Part shown: positions 42,264 to 51,673 of the stretch, one piece after another
Layout: each line of letters opens with the position of its first letter
How positions within the stretch are numbered: the first letter of the stretch is position 1
Assembly (NCBI GenBank): GCA_021798195.1
Contig: JAJZYH010000001.1
Location: 80,390-144,389 of the forward strand
Origin: Thermoplasmata archaeon
Lineage (GTDB): Archaea; Thermoplasmatota; Thermoplasmata; Lutacidiplasmatales; UBA184
Direction: 5' to 3'
Length of the DNA: 64,000 nt
The notes under the pieces: generated by a model
The model's input: only the letters and a program-made list of their open reading frames with translations
Database searches by the model: none
Told to the model about the DNA's origin: nothing
Position numbers and translations under genes: made by a program

Positions 42264-43835
42264 CTAGGGCGGGAGGTCCAGCTCCTGCCGGAGCGCTGCC
42301 AGGGGGACCCCGACCCAGGCGGGCCGGAAGGCAATCTCATAGCGGACCTCGTAGAGGAGCTTCCTCCGAAGGTGGAAGCGAAGGTGCTTCCGGAACTCCT
42401 CCGGGTCCTCCGGGGCCAGACGACCACTCTCTCCGCTCCGGCTCAAGCGTCGCCGGTACTCCTCCACGAGGGCCGCTTCCGCGGCGTCTCTCCACCGTCG
42501 GGCTCGAGCCATGAGATCCGGCGCCCGGGGGGACCCAGGATCCCTCGCGGCGATCCGGGCCACATAATCGAGGGATCGGAGCAGGCCTCCCAGGTCCTTG
42601 AGCGGGGGGTGCAACCCGGCGCGTTCCCCCGGGGTTCGAGCCGGTTCCCCCTCGAAATCCACCAGGACGAACCCCCGGGGGGTATCCAGGATCTGCCCCA
42701 GATGGTAGTCCCCGTGGACCCGGATCCGAAGGAGTCCCCTCCATTGGAGGGATTCTGCCTCCCGGATCCACTCCCGGAGTCGGGTCCGGGCCCGAAGGAT
42801 ACATTGGAGCCCGGGACGGACCTCGGGAGGGACCCGGGGAAGCGCCGTCCCGAGGACCCGAAGGGTGGTCTCCACCTCGCGGGACCAGGCGATCTGGAGG
42901 TCTTGTCGGAATCGGGGGGAGATCCCCCGCGGGGCCCAGCGGGGTTCCCGGATCCGGGCCAACGCCACATGGAGGTCGGCGCTCACGGCGCCCAGGGTCC
43001 GGCAGGCGGCGATCTCGGCATGGGGGGAGGCGCGGGAAGGTTCGCGGAATTCCTTCCGCAGCGACCGCAGGAAACGCTGGAAGAGGTCCCCGTGATGGCG
43101 GAGGTACGGGGAGAGGACGCCCAGGAGCCGGGGCGGAGATCCCCGGGGCCGGTAGACCAGCGTGGCGAGGGGCGGAGGGACCCGGTGGAAGCGGGTCCGC
43201 CGCCAGAGGAGGAGAGGGATCTCCACGTCGGGGGAGGGGTGGGGCCCCGGTCGCCGATAGAATTTGAAGAGGTACCGGGACCCGACCCGGAGGGAAGTGT
43301 TGGACTGCTCCACGCCCAGGGGCCGGATCCCGCCGTGGGGTGGGACCAGGACCGGGGGGAGGCGCAGGAGTCCGGTGGGACGTGCCTCCACGAACCCTCC
43401 CGGAGTCCTCCAGCGCGCTCCCCGGGCGAGCGCCGGACCCAGGGCGGACCAGAGGGCGCGCGACGCGGCGACCTCCGGCCGGAGGGAGAACCCGGAGGGG
43501 GCCGGGGTTCGCTGGAGGAGAAGGAGATAGAGCGAAGCGTCCCGGATCCCGAACCGCACATCCACGAGGGCGAGGACGGCGGGGCGGGGTCCGTCCCCGA
43601 GGGCGAGATGGTCCCTCCAGTGCACGGAGCTCATGGGATGGGACCCCCGGGCGAGCCAGCGCTGGCCGCTCAGGAGCGGGATGAGATCCGGGACGGAGTC
43701 TCCCGGGAGCGGCCACGGAAGGATCTTTCGCGAGGGGTCCTCCCGGATCCCCGGGGAGGACATCGGAGCCCTGTGGGAGGGGACGGGCCCCCGGCGATCC
43801 CTCCGCGGAGCCTTCCGGGGCGTCCCCGTGGGCAT
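42264..43835 (-). CDS. mak: maltokinase (maltose 1-phosphate forming; GlgE pathway)
   Basis: VEQSNTSLRVGSRYLFKFYRR, VHGDYHLGQIL and DFEGEPARTPGER...PPLKDLGGLLRSLDY are Pep2/Mak signatures. Confidence 0.75.
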   Translation of the reverse strand: MPTGTPRKAPRRDRRGPVPSHRAPMSSPGIREDPSRKILPWPLPGDSVPDLIPLLSGQRWLARGSHPMSSVHWRDHLALGDGPRPAVLALVDVRFGIRDASLYLLLLQRTPAPSGFSLRPEVAASRALWSALGPALARGARWRTPGGFVEARPTGLLRLPPVLVPPHGGIRPLGVEQSNTSLRVGSRYLFKFYRRPGPHPSPDVEIPLLLWRRTRFHRVPPPLATLVYRPRGSPPRLLGVLSPYLRHHGDLFQRFLRSLRKEFREPSRASPHAEIAACRTLGAVSADLHVALARIREPRWAPRGISPRFRQDLQIAWSREVETTLRVLGTALPRVPPEVRPGLQCILRARTRLREWIREAESLQWRGLLRIRVHGDYHLGQILDTPRGFVLVDFEGEPARTPGERAGLHPPLKDLGGLLRSLDYVARIAARDPGSPRAPDLMARARRWRDAAEAALVEEYRRRLSRSGESGRLAPEDPEEFRKHLRFHLRRKLLYEVRYEIAFRPAWVGVPLAALRQELDLPP

Positions 43836-43847
43836 ACGGTGCCTCGC

Positions 43848-45533
43848 CTAGGGGGAGGGGGGCACGGAGGAAGGGGGAGGCGACGTGGAGGCAGGCTCCG
43901 GTGGGAGCAGTTCGAACCAGAACCACTCGTGCTCCCCCAGGGTGAAGAAATAGGGGAGTTCGCCGATCCGGGGGAAGCGGGTGTTCCCGCGGAGCTCGAG
44001 AGGGGTGTACTCCTTGAACTGGGGGAGCGACAGCTCCAGGGCCACCGAACGGCGGGAAAGGTTGAAGACGCACAGGACCGTCTGCCCCTCGTAGCGGCGC
44101 AGGAAGATCAGGGCGCTGGGGTTCGCGTGGGGGAGGAACTCGATCTCCCCCCGTCCGAAGACCCTGGCGTACCGCCGGCGCACCGCGAGGATCCGCTGGA
44201 TCCACCGTAGGAGGGACGAGGAGAGACGCACCTCGGCCTCCACGTTGCGGCTCTCGTAGTGGAAGTTGGGGTTCGTGATGACCGGGAGGTAGAGCATCTC
44301 GGGGTCCACCCGGGAGAACCCGGCGTTCCGGTCCGGCGACCACTGCATGGGGGTCCGGACGCCGTTGCGGTCCCCCAGGAACACGTTGTCCCCCATGCCC
44401 AGCTCGTCCCCATAGTAGAGCACAGGGACGCCGGGCAACGAGAACAGGAGGCCGTGGAGGAGCTCGAGGAGCCTCCGGTCGTCGTCCACCAGGGGGGCGA
44501 GGCGCCGGCGGATCCCCAGGTTGAGGCGCATCACCGGGAGCTTCGCGTACTCGTGGTACATGAAATCCCGCTCCTCGTTGGTCACCATCTCCAGGGTGAG
44601 CTCGTCGTGGTTCCGGAGGAAGATCCCCCAGGCGCACGTGGCGGGGATGGGAAGCGTCTGCATCACGATGTCCGTGATGGGATGGTGCACCTCCCGGGCG
44701 ATGGCGATGAAGATGCGGGGCATCAGCGGGAAGTTGAAGGCCATGTGGAACTCGTCCTCGTTCCCGAAGTACGCCTTCACATCCGCGGGCCACTGGTTGG
44801 CCTCGGCGAGGAGGATGCGTCCCGGGAACTCCGCCTCCACCCGGGCGCGCAGGTCCTTGAAGAACGCGTGCGTCTCGGGAAGGTTCTCGCAGGAGGTTCC
44901 CTCCCGTTCGAAGAGGTACGGGACCGCGTCGCACCGGAAGCCGTCGATGCCCCGCTTCATCCAGAACTGGACCACCCGGAACATCTCCTCCCGCACCTCG
45001 GGATTGTCGTAATTGAGGTCGGGCTGGTGGCTGTAGAAGCGGTGCCAGAAGTACTGCTTGGCCACCGGGTCCCACGTCCAGTTGGACCGCTCGGTGTCCA
45101 CGAAGATCACCCGCACCCCGCGGTACTTCTGGTCGGTGTCGCTCCAGACGAACCAGTTCCGCTTGGGGGACTGGGGATCGGCCCGGGCCTCCTGGAACCA
45201 GGGGTGGTCCTGGGAGACGTGGTTCATCACCAGATCCGCCACCACCCGAAGATCCCGACGGTGGGCCTCCTGGATGAAGCGGTCGAAATCCTCGAGGCTC
45301 CCGTAGGTGGGGTGCACCTGGTAGTAGTCGGAGATGTCGTAGCCGTCATCCCGCCAGGGGGACTGGTAGAACGGGAGGAGCCAGAGGGTATCCACCCCCA
45401 GATCCCGGAGGTAGTCCAGCTTCTGGATCGCCCCCACGAAGTCCCCGTAGCCGTCGTGGTTGCCGTCGTAGAACCCCTTGATGGAGAGCTCGTAGAAGAC
45501 CGCGTCCTTGTACCACAGGGGAGGATGGTCCAT
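43848..45533 (-). CDS. treS: trehalose synthase / maltose alpha-D-glucosyltransferase
   Basis: WYKDAVFYELSIKGFYDGNHDGYGDF...LLPFYQSPWRDDGYDISDYY...GFRCDAVPYLFEREGTSCENLPETH. Confidence 0.85.
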   Translation of the reverse strand: MDHPPLWYKDAVFYELSIKGFYDGNHDGYGDFVGAIQKLDYLRDLGVDTLWLLPFYQSPWRDDGYDISDYYQVHPTYGSLEDFDRFIQEAHRRDLRVVADLVMNHVSQDHPWFQEARADPQSPKRNWFVWSDTDQKYRGVRVIFVDTERSNWTWDPVAKQYFWHRFYSHQPDLNYDNPEVREEMFRVVQFWMKRGIDGFRCDAVPYLFEREGTSCENLPETHAFFKDLRARVEAEFPGRILLAEANQWPADVKAYFGNEDEFHMAFNFPLMPRIFIAIAREVHHPITDIVMQTLPIPATCAWGIFLRNHDELTLEMVTNEERDFMYHEYAKLPVMRLNLGIRRRLAPLVDDDRRLLELLHGLLFSLPGVPVLYYGDELGMGDNVFLGDRNGVRTPMQWSPDRNAGFSRVDPEMLYLPVITNPNFHYESRNVEAEVRLSSSLLRWIQRILAVRRRYARVFGRGEIEFLPHANPSALIFLRRYEGQTVLCVFNLSRRSVALELSLPQFKEYTPLELRGNTRFPRIGELPYFFTLGEHEWFWFELLPPEPASTSPPPSSVPPSP

Positions 45534-45542
45534 GGCGGTCCC

Positions 45543-47504
45543 TCACTCCTTCCCCAGGGCGAGGATGTGGGCCACCCGGACCGCGGGGTCCAGCTTCACG
45601 TAGTTCCGGGACCCCGTCCAGGTATAGACCTCGTCGGAGAGGAGATCCCGGATGGGGTAGGGTCCCCCGGAGGGGAATCCCAGCTCCCCCGAGGGAACGG
45701 TCACCATGGACTCGCGGACGCGATCCGGGGCCACGTTCACGATCACCAGCAGGACCGAGGTGGCCGCGGGGTCGAACCTCACGTAGGCCACGAGACCGGG
45801 ATCGTCGATGGGGAGGAACCGGATCCCCCCGAACCCCTGGAGGGCGGGCCACGTGTGGCGCAGGTGGTTCAGGCGCCGGATGAGGTCCTGGATCCCGGGG
45901 TGCCCGGGATCCCGCCACACCAGCTGGTACTTCTCCGAATCCCGGTACTCCTCCGTGTGGGGGATCGCCTGGGATTCGCAGAACTCGAAGCCGCTGTAGA
46001 TGCCCCAGAGCGGGGAGAGCGTGGCCGCGAGGACCGCCCGGGCCGCGAACGCCGGGGGTCCCCCCTCCTGGAGGAAGGGGGAGAGGATGTCCGGCGTGTT
46101 GGTGAAGAGCATGGGCCGGAAGTACGCCATGCGGTCCGGGCGGGAGAGTTCCTCGAAGTAGCTCTCGATCTCGGGCCGTGTGGTCCGCCACGTGAAGTAG
46201 GTGTAGGACTGGCTGAACCCCAGCATCGCGAGGTGCTCCATGATCCGGGGACGGGTGAACGCCTCGGCGAGGAACACGAGGTCCGGAAACTCCCGTCGGG
46301 TCTCCCGGAGGAGCCACTCCCAGAACTCGAAGGGCTTGGTGTGGGGGTTATCCACCCGGAAGGTCCGGACCCCTTCCCGGGCCCAATGAAGGACCACGTC
46401 GCGCATGGCCATCCAGAGCCCGTCCCGATCCGGCCCGTCGAAGTCCAGCGGATAGATGTCCCGGTACCTCTTGGGGGGGTTCTCCGCGTACCGGATGGAA
46501 CCATCCTTCCGGTGCCGGAACCACTCGGGATGCTCCCGCACCCAGGGATGGTCCGGGGAGCACTGGAAGGCGAGGTCCAGGGCCACCTCGAGGCCCAGCT
46601 CGCGGGCCTTCCCGAGGAGCGCACGGAAGTCCTCCGGAGTCCCCAGCGCCGGGTGGACGCTCGTGTGGCCCCCGGACCCATCTCCGATGGCCCAGGGGCT
46701 CCCCACGTCGTCCGGCTGGGCCCGGTCGGCGTTGTTCCGGCCCCGGCGATGTGTCCGCCCAATGGGATGGATGGGGGGGAAGTACACCACGTCGAACCCA
46801 AGGTCACGGATCCGGGGAAGTTGCTTCTGGACGTCCCGGAACGTACCGTGGACGCCGGGGCGGGGACCCCAGGAACGGGGGAACATCTCGTACCACGCCG
46901 CCCGTCCTGCCTCGGCGCGTTCCACCAGGAGAGGGTAGATCGCACCTTCGGTGACCGGGTCCCGGGGCTGGAGTTCCCGGGCCAGGGCGGATAGCCCGGG
47001 GTCCGATGCCGCGCGGAGGAAGTCCGCGTATCGCTGGGACTCCAGGGACTCCTCGAGCCCACGGAGGCGAGGAGCGTCCTGGCGGGACGCGCGCTGGACG
47101 ATCCTCCGGACCAGGGGAAGGCCCAGAGAGGCATCCTCGGAGATGTCCTCCTGAGCCTCCGCCCACGCGCTGAGACGGGAGATCCAGGAACTCCAGTGAT
47201 CGGTCCATGCCACGATCCGGAACTCGTAGGAGCCCGGGTCAGGTAGCTTCAGTCCGGCCCGGAACCGATCATTGCCCAGGGGAAGGAGGGGTGTCGCGTT
47301 CCAGGACGTGGCCCCTTGGGCCCGGATCTGGGCTTCCCCCATGGGGATGTCAGTCCCGGGAAGGAGAAGGTCCGCCTCCACCTGGACCGGCGTGTGGACC
47401 AATCCCTTGGCGGGGAAGCGGCCGCCCTCCACGACCGGCATGACGCCACGGATGGCCACCTGCGTCCCATGCCGGGGTAGAGGGAAAGGAGGCGGAGAGG
47501 GCAT
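45543..47504 (-). CDS. glgE: alpha-1,4-glucan:maltose-1-phosphate maltosyltransferase
   Basis: AWYEMFPRSWG...FDVVYFPPIHPIGRTHRRGRNN...GSPWAIG...DLAFQCSPDHPWVREHPEWF...YAENPPKRYRDIYPLDF. Confidence 0.85.
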   Translation of the reverse strand: MPSPPPFPLPRHGTQVAIRGVMPVVEGGRFPAKGLVHTPVQVEADLLLPGTDIPMGEAQIRAQGATSWNATPLLPLGNDRFRAGLKLPDPGSYEFRIVAWTDHWSSWISRLSAWAEAQEDISEDASLGLPLVRRIVQRASRQDAPRLRGLEESLESQRYADFLRAASDPGLSALARELQPRDPVTEGAIYPLLVERAEAGRAAWYEMFPRSWGPRPGVHGTFRDVQKQLPRIRDLGFDVVYFPPIHPIGRTHRRGRNNADRAQPDDVGSPWAIGDGSGGHTSVHPALGTPEDFRALLGKARELGLEVALDLAFQCSPDHPWVREHPEWFRHRKDGSIRYAENPPKRYRDIYPLDFDGPDRDGLWMAMRDVVLHWAREGVRTFRVDNPHTKPFEFWEWLLRETRREFPDLVFLAEAFTRPRIMEHLAMLGFSQSYTYFTWRTTRPEIESYFEELSRPDRMAYFRPMLFTNTPDILSPFLQEGGPPAFAARAVLAATLSPLWGIYSGFEFCESQAIPHTEEYRDSEKYQLVWRDPGHPGIQDLIRRLNHLRHTWPALQGFGGIRFLPIDDPGLVAYVRFDPAATSVLLVIVNVAPDRVRESMVTVPSGELGFPSGGPYPIRDLLSDEVYTWTGSRNYVKLDPAVRVAHILALGKE

Positions 47505-47804
47505 GCGCTACGGTCCACCCTCCGCGATCATTGTCCCGCTCCCGGGGATGGGCCGGTTTCGGAAGGCCGGGTCGGCCGCAGGGGGAAGGAGCCCGAGGGA
47601 GGCGAGGACCCGGCGGGAAGGGCGTCCACTTCCTCACCCCATTCGGTCTCCCTGCTCCCCATGCGCGTCCCTCAAGCCTAATACCCGTCGGGTCAATAGA
47701 CTTGAGGTCGAATCCCCTGCACCATGGTGTGGAGCGTCTCCCCCGGGGGGGGACCGGGACGCGAAACCCCCTTCCCCTAGCCCCCCGGCGGGTGCCTCCC
47801 TGAG

Positions 47805-49841
47805 ATGGACCTCACGATGCGCACCGATCTGGACCCGGCCCGCCTCGATTCCCGGGGCCGGACGCTCTCCGAGAGAGGCGTCCTCCCCGCGGCGCAAACC
47901 CCGGCCCAAGGAGGATCGCTCCCGGGAGAACCTCCTCCCCTCGAGTCGGTGCGGCCCACGGACCTTGACGTCTACCTCTTCCGGGAAGGGACCCACAGCC
48001 GGATCTACCGGTTCTTGGGGGCGCATCCCGCGGTCGAGGCGGGGAGGACCGGGACCTACTTCGCCACGTGGGCTCCCGACGCGCAGGCGGTGGCCGTGGT
48101 GGGGGACTTCAACGGGTGGGATGCCGGCGCCGACCGCATGGCCCCCCGGGGCGACTCCGGGATCTGGGAACGGTTCGTCCCCGGGGTGGGCCCGGGAGCC
48201 CTCTACAAGTACCACATCCGGTCCCGGTACCGGGGGTACCGGATGGACAAGGCCGACCCGCTGGCCTTCCGGGCGGAGATCCCCCCCCGGACCGCGTCCC
48301 AGGTGTGGGACCTCGGCTACGGCTGGGACGACGGGGAGTGGATGGCCCGTCGGGGAACCCGGAACGGTCTCGACTCCCCCATCGCGATCTACGAGATGCA
48401 CTTCGGCTCCTGGCGTCGCGTGCCGGAGGAGGGGAACCGCTCCCTCACCTACCGCGAGATGGCCCATTGGCTGCCGCCGTACCTCCGCGAGTCCGGCTAC
48501 ACGCATGTGGAATTCCTCCCGTTGATGGAGCATCCGTTCTACGGTTCGTGGGGGTACGAGGGGACCGGCTATTTCGCCGCCACGTCGCGCTACGGGACGC
48601 CCCAGGAGCTCATGGGGCTCGTGGAGGAACTGCATCGCAACGACATCGGCGTGTTCCTGGACTGGGTCCCGTCCCATTTCCCCCAGGACGGCCACTCCCT
48701 CGGGTTCTACGACGGGACGCATCTCTACGAGCACGACGATCCACGCCTGGGGGTCCATCCGGACTGGGGATCCTACATCTTCAACTACGGCCGCCGGGAG
48801 GTCTCGAGCTTCCTCCTGAGCTCGGCGGCGTTCTGGATGGACCGCTACCATCTCGACGGGCTCCGCGTCGATGCCGTGGCCTCGATGCTCTACCGGGACT
48901 ATTCCCGGCGCGCCGGAGAATGGATCCCCAACCGCTACGGCGGCCGGGAGAACCTGGAGGCCATCGACTTCCTCCGGCGCCTGAACATCATGCTGTACCG
49001 CGACTTCCCGGGGACCCAGTCGATCGCCGAGGAGTCCACCGCCTGGCCGGGCGTGAGCCGTCCCACCGAGATGGGAGGTCTCGGCTTCGGGCTCAAGTGG
49101 GACATGGGCTGGATGCACGACACGCTCCGCTACATGTCCCGGGACCCCATCCACCGCCAGTATCACCACAACGACCTCACGTTCCGCGCCATCTACCAGT
49201 TCCACGAGAACTTCGTGCTCGCCCTCTCCCACGACGAGGTGGTCCATGGCAAAGGTCCCCTCTACGCGAAGATGCCGGGGGACCCGTGGCAGAAGCTCGC
49301 CCAGCTGCGGCTCCTCTACGCCTACCAGTACGCCCTCCCGGGGAAGAAGCTCCTCTTTATGGGAGGGGAAGCGGCCCAGGAGCGGGAATGGGACCACGAG
49401 ACGAGCCTCGACTGGGATCGGTGGACCCAGGAGGGGCCGGCGGGCCTCTTCCGATGGGTGCGGGACCTGAACCTTCTCTACCGGACGCAGCCGGCCCTCC
49501 ATGCCACCGAGTTCCACCCCGAGACGTTCCAGTGGGTGGACGCGGGGGACTCGCGCGAGAGCACCCTCGCGTTCCTCCGCCGGGGGACGGCCCGGGACCC
49601 CCCGGTCCTGGTGGTCTTGAACTTCACCCCCGTTCCCCGCCACCAACGCCGCTATCCCGTCCCCCACGCCGGCCGCTGGCGGGAACTCCTCAACAGCGAC
49701 GCCCGGGACTACGGCGGGTCTGGTGTGGGGAACCTGGGGGAGGTATGGGCCCCCCCCTATTCCACCGGAGGAAAGGGAGGAGTCCTCTCCCTCACACTCC
49801 CTCCCCTGGGTGCACTCTTCCTCCGGCCGGAGGAGACGTGA
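47805..49841 (+). CDS. glgB: 1,4-alpha-glucan branching enzyme (GH13)
   Basis: FATWAPDAQAVAVVGDFNGWD...YKYHIRS...IYEMHFGSW...DGLRVDAVASMLY...AEESTAWP. The exact start is uncertain. Confidence 0.85.
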   Translation: MDLTMRTDLDPARLDSRGRTLSERGVLPAAQTPAQGGSLPGEPPPLESVRPTDLDVYLFREGTHSRIYRFLGAHPAVEAGRTGTYFATWAPDAQAVAVVGDFNGWDAGADRMAPRGDSGIWERFVPGVGPGALYKYHIRSRYRGYRMDKADPLAFRAEIPPRTASQVWDLGYGWDDGEWMARRGTRNGLDSPIAIYEMHFGSWRRVPEEGNRSLTYREMAHWLPPYLRESGYTHVEFLPLMEHPFYGSWGYEGTGYFAATSRYGTPQELMGLVEELHRNDIGVFLDWVPSHFPQDGHSLGFYDGTHLYEHDDPRLGVHPDWGSYIFNYGRREVSSFLLSSAAFWMDRYHLDGLRVDAVASMLYRDYSRRAGEWIPNRYGGRENLEAIDFLRRLNIMLYRDFPGTQSIAEESTAWPGVSRPTEMGGLGFGLKWDMGWMHDTLRYMSRDPIHRQYHHNDLTFRAIYQFHENFVLALSHDEVVHGKGPLYAKMPGDPWQKLAQLRLLYAYQYALPGKKLLFMGGEAAQEREWDHETSLDWDRWTQEGPAGLFRWVRDLNLLYRTQPALHATEFHPETFQWVDAGDSRESTLAFLRRGTARDPPVLVVLNFTPVPRHQRRYPVPHAGRWRELLNSDARDYGGSGVGNLGEVWAPPYSTGGKGGVLSLTLPPLGALFLRPEET

Positions 49842-51673
49842 CGGAGGGGCGGGAGGTGGGCGCCCTTCCCGGTCCGGAGGGCTGGACGTTTCGGGTCTGG
49901 GCCCCCCGGGTCCCCTCGGTCCGCCTGATCCTCCCCGCGCAGGGCGATGCCTCCGGGATCCCTCTGGACGCCGAGGGAAATGGTTACCACCGCGGGCTGA
50001 TCCCCGGGCTCGGGGAGGGGACGCGCTACCGCTTCCGCCTCGAGGGGAGCGACCTGCCCGACCCGGCCTCCCGCTGGCAGCCGGAGGGCGTGCACGGCCC
50101 TTCGGCCCTGGTGGACCTCGAGGGATACCCCTGGACCGATGGGGATTGGACCGGCATCGATCTTTCGGACCTCGTGATCTACGAGCTCCACGTGGGCACC
50201 TTCTCCCCGGAGGGCACGTTCGCGGGGGTCCTCGCCCGGATCCCCGCTCTCCGGAAGATGGGGTTCACCGCGGTGGAGCTCATGCCCGTCGCCCAGTTCC
50301 CGGGACGGTGGAACTGGGGCTACGACGGCGTGGACCTCTTCGCGGTGGAGTCCCACTACGGCGGGCCGCACGCCCTGCAGGACCTGGTGAACGGGGCGCA
50401 CCGGGCCGGCATGGCCGTGCTCCTCGACGTGGTCTACAACCACCTGGGCCCGGAGGGGAACTACCTCGGCCGGTTCGGCCCCTACTTCTCGGAACGGCAC
50501 GGGACCCCCTGGGGTCCCGGGCTGAACTTCGACGGGCCGGGATCCGATGAGGTCCGGCGCTTCTTCACGGCCAACGCCCGGCAGTGGCGCGACCTCATGC
50601 ACCTCGATGGGCTGCGCCTCGATGCCATCCAGGGGATCGTGGACACGTCGGCGGACCCCTTCCTCCGGGAGCTCTCGCGGGAACTCACCCGCCGCTCGGG
50701 CCGGCCGTTCCATCTCATCGCCGAGAGCGACCAGAACGATCCCCGGACGCTCCAGAGCCCCTCGAAGGGAGGGATGGGTCTCCATGCCCAGTGGGCCGAC
50801 GACTTCCACCACTCCTTCCATGCCTTCCTTACGGGGGAGAGGCGCGGGTACTACCAGGACTTCGGTGGGTTCCACCCGATGGTGCGGGCCCTCAAGACCC
50901 CCTTCGTGTACGAGGGTCAGTTCTCCCCCTACCGCGGACGGCGGCACGGCGCACCCGCCCGGGGACTCGCCCCCCACCGGTTCGTCGTCTTCCTCCAGAA
51001 CCATGACCAGGTGGGGAACCGGGCCCAGGGAGAACGCTGGACCCACCTCGTGAGCCCCGGGGACCGGCGCGTGGCCCATGCCCTCCTGGTGCTGGGGCCC
51101 TACCTGCCCCTGTTCTTCATGGGGGAGGAGTACGGGGAGGCCCGTCCCTTCCTCTTCTTCACCGACCACGGGGATCCGGCCCTCATCGCGGGCGTCCGCG
51201 AGGGCCGACGGAAGGAGTTCGCCTCGTGGGGGGCCGAGGAGACGCCGGATCCCCAGGATCCCGCCACCTTCCAGAGGAGCCAGCTGGACTGGGAGGCCCA
51301 GGACCTGCCGGAGCGCGAGGGGACCCGACGATACCTGTCCGCCCTCCTCTCCCTGCGCCATGCCCACCCCTCCCTCCGGGCCCCCCGGGGGAGGCGGATC
51401 ACCTTCCGGGAGCGGGAGCGGTGGATCCGGGTGGACGTTTCCGCCTCCCCCGCGGAACGCTGGACCCTCCTCGCCGTGTGGGGCGGAGGGTGGTACCCAG
51501 ACCGGCCGGGGAAGGTTCCCACGGAGCCCCGCCACATCTGGATGGACTCGGAGGATCCGGCCTATGGGGGATCCGGGACCCCCCCGGAGGATGGAGGAAG
51601 GGTGCGGGGACCCCGATTCCTCTTGTACGGGTCTACGGTTCCGGAGGGGGGATCCCCTTGGAACGGTTCGTGA
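49838..51673 (+). CDS. treZ: malto-oligosyltrehalose trehalohydrolase
   Basis: The GTG overlaps the glgB stop. FRVWAP...IYELHVGTFSPEGTF...WGYDGVDLFAVESHYGGP...DVVYNHLGPEGNYL...LDGLRLDAI...FLQNHDQVGNR. Confidence 0.8.
   Translation: MTEGREVGALPGPEGWTFRVWAPRVPSVRLILPAQGDASGIPLDAEGNGYHRGLIPGLGEGTRYRFRLEGSDLPDPASRWQPEGVHGPSALVDLEGYPWTDGDWTGIDLSDLVIYELHVGTFSPEGTFAGVLARIPALRKMGFTAVELMPVAQFPGRWNWGYDGVDLFAVESHYGGPHALQDLVNGAHRAGMAVLLDVVYNHLGPEGNYLGRFGPYFSERHGTPWGPGLNFDGPGSDEVRRFFTANARQWRDLMHLDGLRLDAIQGIVDTSADPFLRELSRELTRRSGRPFHLIAESDQNDPRTLQSPSKGGMGLHAQWADDFHHSFHAFLTGERRGYYQDFGGFHPMVRALKTPFVYEGQFSPYRGRRHGAPARGLAPHRFVVFLQNHDQVGNRAQGERWTHLVSPGDRRVAHALLVLGPYLPLFFMGEEYGEARPFLFFTDHGDPALIAGVREGRRKEFASWGAEETPDPQDPATFQRSQLDWEAQDLPEREGTRRYLSALLSLRHAHPSLRAPRGRRITFRERERWIRVDVSASPAERWTLLAVWGGGWYPDRPGKVPTEPRHIWMDSEDPAYGGSGTPPEDGGRVRGPRFLLYGSTVPEGGSPWNGS

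Noticed and set aside
42337-46994. 912-aa minus-strand and 911-aa plus-strand ORFs over mak, treS and glgE
   Set aside because: They are off-frame or antisense to three genes with unambiguous family signatures, and their translations are low-complexity.
47634-49667. 677-aa minus-strand ORF opposite glgB, and the upstream part (48068-49837) of the 1201-aa plus-strand ORF
   Set aside because: They are antisense or off-frame to glgB. Only the portion from the GTG at 49838 (treZ) is real.
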